Below, one piece after another: positions 25,667 through 32,097 of a stretch of DNA of 32,097 nucleotides. A program made the translations under genes and the position numbers. How positions within the stretch are numbered: position 1 is the stretch's first letter; every line of letters starts with the position of its first letter. The stretch comes from a virus (taxonomy: Duplodnaviria; Caudoviricetes), in the IMG/VR virus record IMGVR_UViG_3300031473_000005, positions 1-32,097 of that record, one strand, 5' to 3'. The notes under the pieces were generated by a model. It made no database searches and was not told where the DNA came from. It was given only the letters and a program-made list of their open reading frames with translations.

Positions 25667-26674
25667 ATGTCGCGAATCGCAGGGACGGATGCGGTCATCA
25701 TGATCAGCGAGCGCGGGGGTGCCGGCGGCGTCGCCGTTGCGGTCGCGGACGTGCGCGCATCGTGGGAAGACTCACGAGCCGGTTCGTTGACCTGTGCCCT
25801 GCCGGCCCGTGACCTGATCCGCGCCGGTGCGCCAGTCCCGTTTGTGAGCTCCTGGGTCAACTACACCCATCCCAGCGCTGGACGGTGGGGCGGCGTGATC
25901 ACCGCGACCGACACCACCGATGGCGTGACCGAGATTGTCGCCGAGAGCTATCACGTCCTCCTACGTGGCCGTCTCTCGGCGCGCCGCCAGCGTACGGCCA
26001 TGGCCTCAGCTGGCGCACTCTTCATCCGCGCCCTCTCCGATGCCGGACGGGCCGATCCGCTCTGGGTGACGATCGGCGACGTTGACGAGGATGGACCGCT
26101 CGTGCGCGTGGAGTGGCGGGGGGCGGATCTGTACGAGAGCGTTATTCCGGGCCTCGCGGGCGAAGTGGGATACGCCTGGGACGTGACGGCAGACCGTGTT
26201 GCCCGGTTCGTGGCGCGACTCGGTGAGGATCGGCGGCCATGGGTCCTTCTGGCCGAGCCACGACACATTGTCAACTCGCGCTATGCGGTCGATCTCTGGT
26301 CGGTTCGCAACAGTATCGTCGGCGTGGGCGGTGGCTCGACCTATGACCGAGCGACCTATTTCCAGGCCGAGGATGTGGCGAGCGTTCGGACCTATGGCCG
26401 CATCGAAGGCGAGCGCCAGTACCCGACGCTCTCGGACAAGACGACGATCGAGACTCGCGTTCGCCGCGATCTGCTGCAGACGAGTGCACCGACGCCGGCG
26501 ATGGAGTTGACCCTGGTCGATACCGACCACTGCTTTGCCTGGTTTCGCGAGGGCGACACCGTCTCGGTCGAACTCGGCAGCGCCGGCGTGCGCGACAGCC
26601 TGCGTGTGACGAGCCGCGCCCTCGATACCGTCGCGGGGACGCTGACGATCTCCGGCAGCGCGGAGGCGGTATGA
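25667..26674 (+). CDS. minor tail protein, baseplate hub (Tal/gp27-like)
   Basis: RWGGVIT, RNSIVGVG, DVASVRTYGRIE, FREGDTVSV; position after Dit. Confidence 0.72.
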   Translation: MSRIAGTDAVIMISERGGAGGVAVAVADVRASWEDSRAGSLTCALPARDLIRAGAPVPFVSSWVNYTHPSAGRWGGVITATDTTDGVTEIVAESYHVLLRGRLSARRQRTAMASAGALFIRALSDAGRADPLWVTIGDVDEDGPLVRVEWRGADLYESVIPGLAGEVGYAWDVTADRVARFVARLGEDRRPWVLLAEPRHIVNSRYAVDLWSVRNSIVGVGGGSTYDRATYFQAEDVASVRTYGRIEGERQYPTLSDKTTIETRVRRDLLQTSAPTPAMELTLVDTDHCFAWFREGDTVSVELGSAGVRDSLRVTSRALDTVAGTLTISGSAEAV

Positions 26675-27597
26675 GCGAGCGGCAGAACCGACTGATCGAC
26701 CCCATCGATCGGGCCGCGACCTACGTCTCCCGGCAGGCGGGCCTAGTCACGATCCACGACGAGCGTCGCCGCGCTCAAGCCGCCGAGCGATTCGCGGTCG
26801 ATACGTCGAGTCCCGTTGGACTCGTGGCCGCACTCGATACGCTGCCCGAGGCAGGACCGACCTGGTATCGGCGGTGGGTGCTGATTCGTGGCGGACCAGG
26901 AGTCGCCGACACGCTCTATGCCTGCCAAAAGAACGCGGCGGATGCCTATGTCTGGGTAGCGACTGGGTCACTTGGCTACACCCCCGTCAACAAAGCCGGG
27001 GACACCATGACTGGCACCCTCACCTTCTCAGGCACAGCGGGTATCGCAGCCTCTGGCGGGACCGTCAATGCCGGGACGCTGCAACAGGGCGGGGTGGGGG
27101 TCTCGCTCGCCACGCACAACCACGACGCCGCCTACGTCAACGAGAGTGGCGATAGCATGTCCGGCGGCCTGACGATCGCCGGCCTGCTCAATGCCTCCCA
27201 ACTGATCGCTGATCCCGGCGTCAAGTTCTACTACGGGAATCTGAACGCCGGGATCACCGCCTCAACGGCCAACATCACCGCCTACGTTGACGCCATTACC
27301 GTCAGTTTCACGCTGCCGACCGGCACTTGGCGGTTGTACTGCTTCTGTTGGGGAACCTATCGCAACAGTGTCGCCGCCAACGGTGCGACGCAACTGATCG
27401 ACGTGGGCGGGACGCTCTCAGGTGCGACGACGAATACCACCGATACGGCAAACGATCGCGTCACGCTGATGAGCAGTCTGGGCGTGCTCGGTCTCACCGG
27501 AGCGCGGACGGTCAAGGGGCGCTACCACACGTCGGGTGGTGGGACAGCCTTTGCCGAGAACAGCATGCTCGTTGTCGTCGCGGTGCGGACCGCGTGA
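26671..27597 (+). CDS. tail fibre / receptor-binding protein
   Basis: LGYTPVNKAGDTMTGTL, HNHDAAYVNESGDSMSGGL fibre motifs; C-terminal beta-sandwich. Confidence 0.82.
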   Translation: MSERQNRLIDPIDRAATYVSRQAGLVTIHDERRRAQAAERFAVDTSSPVGLVAALDTLPEAGPTWYRRWVLIRGGPGVADTLYACQKNAADAYVWVATGSLGYTPVNKAGDTMTGTLTFSGTAGIAASGGTVNAGTLQQGGVGVSLATHNHDAAYVNESGDSMSGGLTIAGLLNASQLIADPGVKFYYGNLNAGITASTANITAYVDAITVSFTLPTGTWRLYCFCWGTYRNSVAANGATQLIDVGGTLSGATTNTTDTANDRVTLMSSLGVLGLTGARTVKGRYHTSGGGTAFAENSMLVVVAVRTA

Positions 27598-27658
27598 CGA
27601 GGCGATGAGCGGTGGACTGGAGATGACGACACGATTCCGGAAGGCAGGGCGATGAGCC

Positions 27659-27859
27659 ATGGACCCGGCGCTGATCTATGGTCCAGTGGGGGCGCTGGTC
27701 TGCCTCGTCTTCGCGGTGGCGTGGCTCAACACCGAGCGCAAGGTGGAGCGCAAACGTGGGGACGATCTTCAGGCGAAGCTCGACATCGCCAACGTCGAAA
27801 TCCGCGAGCTGGCGAAAGAGGCGATTGTCGCGATGCGACAGATCGGCAGGCCGTCATGA
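27659..27859 (+). CDS. small membrane protein (1 TM plus coiled coil), holin/antiholin-like
   Basis: YGPVGALVCLVFAVAWL then a charged heptad region. Confidence 0.65.
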   Translation: MDPALIYGPVGALVCLVFAVAWLNTERKVERKRGDDLQAKLDIANVEIRELAKEAIVAMRQIGRPS

Positions 27860-28116
27860 TCCGAGAATGGATGTGCTGCGTGTTCCCCTTCCTCCGGTGC
27901 AGCCCGACATCGCTCGAGACGCCGGAGATCGACGAATCACTCCAGATTGCTCGCGACGTACGAGACGTCGCCCGGTACGTCAAAACAGTCGGCTCGGTGC
28001 CAGTCGAGCGACTCGACGCCATTGAGCGTCGGCTGGACAGCACGGCGCCACGTCAGTCGCGATCGATCATCGGCAATGTGATTGCCGATCGACCACGGGA
28101 GGACCACGGGGCATGA
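27856..28116 (+). CDS. hypothetical protein
   Basis: ATGA coupling at both ends (MIREWMCCVFPFLRC...). Confidence 0.55.
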   Translation: MIREWMCCVFPFLRCSPTSLETPEIDESLQIARDVRDVARYVKTVGSVPVERLDAIERRLDSTAPRQSRSIIGNVIADRPREDHGA

Positions 28117-28607
28117 CACCGCACGAGGGTATTCGCGCCGTCATCATGGCCGGCCTGGCGCTCGTCTTCGGAGAGATGGCCTGGCGGGGCTGGCAGGACT
28201 GGCGATCTGACTTTCTAGACATCGGGGAGTGGCGACCCTGGGTGCGGCGCGTGGGGACGAATGGACGATGGCGCACCGACCTCCTGGTCGTCGGCATCTT
28301 CGCGACGATCGCCACGACCTCCGCCATCTCCGCGGTGACCCTTGCGGTGGGCGGATTTGTCGGGGCCGCGTCACTGACGACAGCGCTCCTGTTCGCATTG
28401 ATGGTGATGGCGTTTGCGCTCCGCCGCTCGGCCACCACTGAGCGGCGCATTCGGGGGGTAACGGCCAGCCAGCCCAGCGTTCAACAGGCGAAGGCGCTCG
28501 CGAAGTCCGCCGCGGAGACCGCAAAGCAGGCACACCTCACCGAGACCGAGGCCCACGAAGCCGTCGTCGAAGCCGAACGCCATCACGAGGGAGGGACAAC
28601 CCCATGA
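28113..28607 (+). CDS. membrane protein with about 3 TM segments
   Basis: Three hydrophobic stretches; GGGAGG SD; ATGA coupling. Confidence 0.65.
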   Translation: MTPHEGIRAVIMAGLALVFGEMAWRGWQDWRSDFLDIGEWRPWVRRVGTNGRWRTDLLVVGIFATIATTSAISAVTLAVGGFVGAASLTTALLFALMVMAFALRRSATTERRIRGVTASQPSVQQAKALAKSAAETAKQAHLTETEAHEAVVEAERHHEGGTTP

Positions 28608-28765
28608 CCCCGGCACGACTCTTCGCCGTTTTGCTCGTCCTCATGATCCTCGTGCTGGTGATCGCGTGGCCGGTCGCCAGCCGGGTCAGTCAGCCACAGC
28701 CGACGGCGACCGCCACCATCCCGAGCATCGGTGGCGATGCGACGACCCAGGAGTGGGAGCCATGA
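28604..28765 (+). CDS. 53-aa single-TM protein, not in the ORF track
   Basis: MTPARLFAVLLVLMILVLVIAWPVASRVSQPQPTATATIPSIGGDATTQEWEP; GAGGGAGGG SD; ATGA overlaps at both ends. Confidence 0.65.
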   Translation: MTPARLFAVLLVLMILVLVIAWPVASRVSQPQPTATATIPSIGGDATTQEWEP

Positions 28766-30108
28766 CGATCTCCCTCGCCACGCCCTACCGCACGATTGGA
28801 GACCTCCCAATCGGCGTCTGGCAGCGGGTGCTGTCGCCGCTCTCATCGCCGATGCTGCCCACCCTTGCGGACATCGTGAAGGCCTCATCTCCCCACGGCG
28901 CTCTTGGCTTGACTCAGTCGGTCAAGGAGACGACCGCCGGGAGAGACGAGACCGCGAAGCAGACGTTCAACCCGCTTGGCCTGATGGTCCGGCCTGGATC
29001 GACGGCTCCCTACATCGTGACGAAGGATGGCTACCACCTTCAGAAGTTCGGCTCGTGGGCAGCCGCGGCCGCGGAGTTCTCCGCGCGGCTTGACGCCTCG
29101 CCCTACACCGAGGTTCACACGCTCGGCGAGTACATCGATCTCTACCTGCTCGGATGGTTCCCGGACGGACCACACGTCTATCCGCGCGGAAACACGCCGG
29201 AAGATCGCGCGCTCTACCAGTCGCAGACCGTCGAGCGGCTCAACAGCTATGGAGCCGGAGGAGGAACGCCGGTGCCTGAACCGAGTTACACGGTGCCAAT
29301 GCGCACCGCCATCATCCCGAAAGCCAACCACAACCGACCCGGGGATCCACTCCTCTCGAACGATCTGTGGATCACGGTCCACGAGACGGCGAACACCGCG
29401 CCGACCGCGACCGCCGAGATGCACCGCGGCTTCGTCTGGAGTGGTGGCGGGCCGGAGACGGTCTCCTTTCACTTCGTCGTCGACGACTTCGAGGTGATCC
29501 AGCTGCTCCCGCTCAATGAGCTGGGCTGGCACGCGGGAGACGGGTGCGACGAGCCAGCCGCCGACGATGGCTGCTTTCGCTCAGTGGCGATTGAAACCTG
29601 CGTCAACAAGGACGGGCCGGGCTGGGACAAGGCGTTCAAGAACCTGTGTTGGCTCATCTCGGAGCTGATCCGCAATCCGTCGCGGTTTCAGGGCGGGACC
29701 GGCAAGCGATTCTCCCAGGCGAAGATCGCACCGCATAGCAAGTGGATGCGAAAGGACTGTCCGCATCGCATCCATGAGCGCGGGCTGTGGGATCCGATGC
29801 TCCGCCAGGTCGCGGCCTTCCTGAACGTCGCCCCGCAGCCGGCGCCAAAACCCCAGCCATCGAAGCTCGACGCGGTGAAGCTGCCGGAGGGCGTGACTCC
29901 GGCCATGCTCGCGGCTCGGTTCGGCCCTCTCTTCGATCCGAACGGGGAAGTGACTGTGATCTGGGCGGAAGAGGGATCACGCACGGGTCGCTTCGCCAAG
30001 CTCGAACACGTCGACCCGCCCGGTCCGGTGCGGACGTTTGACTTCGCCGACGGTCTCCTCGTCATCTCCGATAGCAAGGGCGTTCGCATCGCCCGGAGGG
30101 CTGCCTAA
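28762..30108 (+). CDS. endolysin: lysozyme/glucosaminidase-like N-domain, Amidase_2 domain, C-terminal domain
   Basis: ITVHETAN, SFHFVVDD, GWHAGDG, VAIETC, PH...KDCP zinc-amidase motifs; N-terminal KET..G...NPLGL...F.SW. Confidence 0.88.
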   Translation: MTISLATPYRTIGDLPIGVWQRVLSPLSSPMLPTLADIVKASSPHGALGLTQSVKETTAGRDETAKQTFNPLGLMVRPGSTAPYIVTKDGYHLQKFGSWAAAAAEFSARLDASPYTEVHTLGEYIDLYLLGWFPDGPHVYPRGNTPEDRALYQSQTVERLNSYGAGGGTPVPEPSYTVPMRTAIIPKANHNRPGDPLLSNDLWITVHETANTAPTATAEMHRGFVWSGGGPETVSFHFVVDDFEVIQLLPLNELGWHAGDGCDEPAADDGCFRSVAIETCVNKDGPGWDKAFKNLCWLISELIRNPSRFQGGTGKRFSQAKIAPHSKWMRKDCPHRIHERGLWDPMLRQVAAFLNVAPQPAPKPQPSKLDAVKLPEGVTPAMLAARFGPLFDPNGEVTVIWAEEGSRTGRFAKLEHVDPPGPVRTFDFADGLLVISDSKGVRIARRAA

Positions 30109-30978
30109 ATGCCAATCACGAAGCCATCTCAAGAAGAGGCGCACAGTGCCGCGCGAGAACTGTTCGACGGTCAGCACGGCATGGGGCTCATTCCGAACCC
30201 TCCCGATCCCCGCGATTATCTGGTCGCATCCAGCCCTGACGCCATCCTGCCAGAGACGCTCCGGCACGAGATCGTCAGTGCGCCTGACCTCTCGCGGTCG
30301 TTCGGCGTAAAGGCCCGCGACCTGCCGCCGATCTGGGATCAGGACGGGGTCGGTGCCTGTGCGGCCTACGCCACCGATCGCCTCGTCTGCCATGCCCGCA
30401 AGCGACAGGGCTTGCCCTACGTGGAGCCGTCGCACCTCTTCACCTATTACAACGCCCGGGCGCTCTACGGGCACGAGGCGGAGCTGCACGACACCGGGTC
30501 GGCGCCAAGTCTCTGCCTCGAAAGCGCGCGCAAGTACGGCATCGCGCCGGCGACCGATTGGCCATTCGACCGACGCAAGGTGGTGGTCAAACCCAGCGAT
30601 GCGGCCTATGTCGACGCCGAGCTGCATCAGGCCCTCTCAACCTGGATGATCCCGGACGGTGACGTCGCCGCGGTGCAGGCATCGCTCATGGACGGCTGGC
30701 CCGTCATGGTCGGGCTGCCGCTCTTTGAGAACTTCGGGACCGATGAGAAGGGTCTGGTCCCTGGGCCGAAGGGCAGCATCCGTGGCTATCACGAGGTCAC
30801 GATCCGCGGGTGGCGTCCCTGGTGGGGCGGCTGCTTGGCCACGGACAACCAGTGGACAACGGCCTGGGGGAAGCGCGGTCGGTGCTTCCTCCCTGTCAGC
30901 TACGTCGCGGAGCATGGCTTCGCGTTCGGGACCGTGCGCGCCGTCGAGAACGTCGCAATGCCGGGAGGTCTGCTATGA
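30109..30978 (+). CDS. papain-like cysteine peptidase (C1 family)
   Basis: DPRDY, DQDGVGACAAYA (Gln/Cys), S.LF.YYNAR, GYHEVTIRGW (His), NQWTTAWGKRG (Asn). Confidence 0.88.
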   Translation: MPITKPSQEEAHSAARELFDGQHGMGLIPNPPDPRDYLVASSPDAILPETLRHEIVSAPDLSRSFGVKARDLPPIWDQDGVGACAAYATDRLVCHARKRQGLPYVEPSHLFTYYNARALYGHEAELHDTGSAPSLCLESARKYGIAPATDWPFDRRKVVVKPSDAAYVDAELHQALSTWMIPDGDVAAVQASLMDGWPVMVGLPLFENFGTDEKGLVPGPKGSIRGYHEVTIRGWRPWWGGCLATDNQWTTAWGKRGRCFLPVSYVAEHGFAFGTVRAVENVAMPGGLL

Positions 30979-31364
30979 GTAAGCGTAAACCTATCGAGTT
31001 CGTGGACTTCCCCGAATCGCTCCATCCTGGATTCGGCCCATTCCGGGCCATTTGCCGTCACGTCGTCGACGGGGACACCGCGGACTTCGTCGTCGATGTC
31101 GGCCTGAACCTGTATCCCTTCATCACCATCCGTTTTCTGGGCATCAACGCGCCGGAGACGAACCGTGCCGAGAGCCGGGAGGCCGGACTCGCCGCGAAGG
31201 TTCGGCTTCAGGAACTCGTGCCACCCGGGACGCCGGTCATGCTCGACACGAAGCCCGACCCCGATAGCTTTGGCCGCTACTTAGCGGTCATTCACACCGT
31301 CGATGTCGATGACGTCGGCGCCGTCCTCATGGCAGAGGGGCACGCCGTGCCCTACGAGCGATAG
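30975..31364 (+). CDS. thermonuclease (staphylococcal nuclease-like)
   Basis: VVDGDT, IRFLGINAPE, DSFGRYLA, LMAEGHA; ATGA coupling, GGGAGG SD. Confidence 0.9.
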   Translation: MSKRKPIEFVDFPESLHPGFGPFRAICRHVVDGDTADFVVDVGLNLYPFITIRFLGINAPETNRAESREAGLAAKVRLQELVPPGTPVMLDTKPDPDSFGRYLAVIHTVDVDDVGAVLMAEGHAVPYER

Positions 31365-31374
31365 GAGCATCCTC

Positions 31375-31689
31375 GTGGACAACATCACATCCGATCTCGC
31401 CAAGTGGAGCGCCCTCGTCGCGATGATCGTGCCGTTTGTGGCCGCGTTTTTGAATCGCTCCGAGTGGTCGCCGACCGCCAAGTTCATCGTCTTTGCCATC
31501 GTCTGCGCGATCGCCGCTGGGGTGACGACCTATCTGCAGGGCGGGCTTGAGCTCGGTCGCGATCGCTTCGTCAGTTCGTTGCTCGTCGTGGCGACGCTGG
31601 CAAGCGCCTACTACCGGCTCTGGAAGAAGCCCGTGCAGGCGGTAGAAGAGGGCGCGAACCTCTTTCCAGCACCATCCCCAACTCCCTAG
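31375..31689 (+). CDS. holin-like membrane protein (3 TM)
   Basis: AGGAG SD before GTG; three hydrophobic segments, W...K motif, AYYRLWKK tail. Confidence 0.7.
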   Translation: MDNITSDLAKWSALVAMIVPFVAAFLNRSEWSPTAKFIVFAIVCAIAAGVTTYLQGGLELGRDRFVSSLLVVATLASAYYRLWKKPVQAVEEGANLFPAPSPTP

Positions 31690-31813
31690 CTTTCGATCCT
31701 GTCCGCAACGATTCCGGGCAGTCCTGCTCCGGCGCTCACGTCCTCGTTTCGATTCGAGCCCCATCCTTCGGGCGCGTCTGCGGTAAGGGCGATCGGGCCG
31801 GTGATCTACGCTA

Positions 31814-31846
31814 GGCGCCTCGGTGAAAGCCGGGGCGTTTGGCGTT
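31814..31846 (+). terminator. GAAA-capped hairpin, probable end of the late operon
   Basis: GGCGCCTCGGT [GAAA] GCCGGGGCGTT followed by TGGCGTT (weak U-tract). Confidence 0.6.
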
Positions 31847-32097
31847 CACGGATGCCGCACGGATTGATCGCGATTCCGTGCGCTTCCTGCTCTCGGTCTG
31901 TCCCGGTCATGCCCACGATATCCCCATATGCACGCCTGATTCTCGCTCATGGCGAGACCGTCACGGCTGCCCGTTCGCGTCCTCGATCGTACGCCAACTA
32001 TTACACCCCGCGGCCCCTGTCCGACAATGCGTCCGGCGGTAGGTGGGCGGCCCACGCCACTCATAGCTGAGCTGATCGCCGACCGGAATTGATCAGG

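Noticed and set aside
9576-27597. Diversity-generating retroelement targeting either fibre gene
   Set aside because: No reverse transcriptase and no near-identical template/variable repeat pair seen by eye in this window
31801-32070. Short ORFs at the right end on both strands
   Set aside because: No SD, no motifs, and they overlap hairpins
1-32097. tRNA/rRNA genes, integrase, repressor, and a host assignment
   Set aside because: None recognised in the window; lifestyle and host cannot be established without flanking sequence or searches

Overview
A GC-rich, gene-dense segment of a tailed dsDNA phage or prophage (siphovirus-like, HK97-fold capsid). Almost all genes are on the + strand and translationally coupled. 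Gene order: end of a Twinkle/T7-gp4-like primase-helicase, small accessory genes (including a RusA-like resolvase and a MazG-like protein), TerS, TerL and a portal fused to a gpF-like domain. About 4.7 kb then separates the portal from the prohead protease; it holds fibre-like structural genes, a Com-like zinc-ribbon gene and two convergent HNH endonuclease genes. After it come the protease, major capsid, neck, tail tube, tail chaperones with a -1 frameshift site, tape measure, a Dit with DUF2341 and carbohydrate-binding insertions, a hub protein and a tail fibre. The window ends with an expanded lysis region: several membrane proteins, a two-enzyme endolysin, a papain-like protease, a thermonuclease and a holin. 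The most notable unexplained signal is a module present twice, ahead of the terminase operon and ahead of the head operon: a small zinc-ribbon gene, a promoter-like site, and a long interrupted hairpin with a C-GAGYA-G loop followed by TTTTCGT. It may be a protein-controlled RNA attenuator of late genes. All calls come from motif recognition by eye; no database searches were run, and the host cannot be determined from this window.
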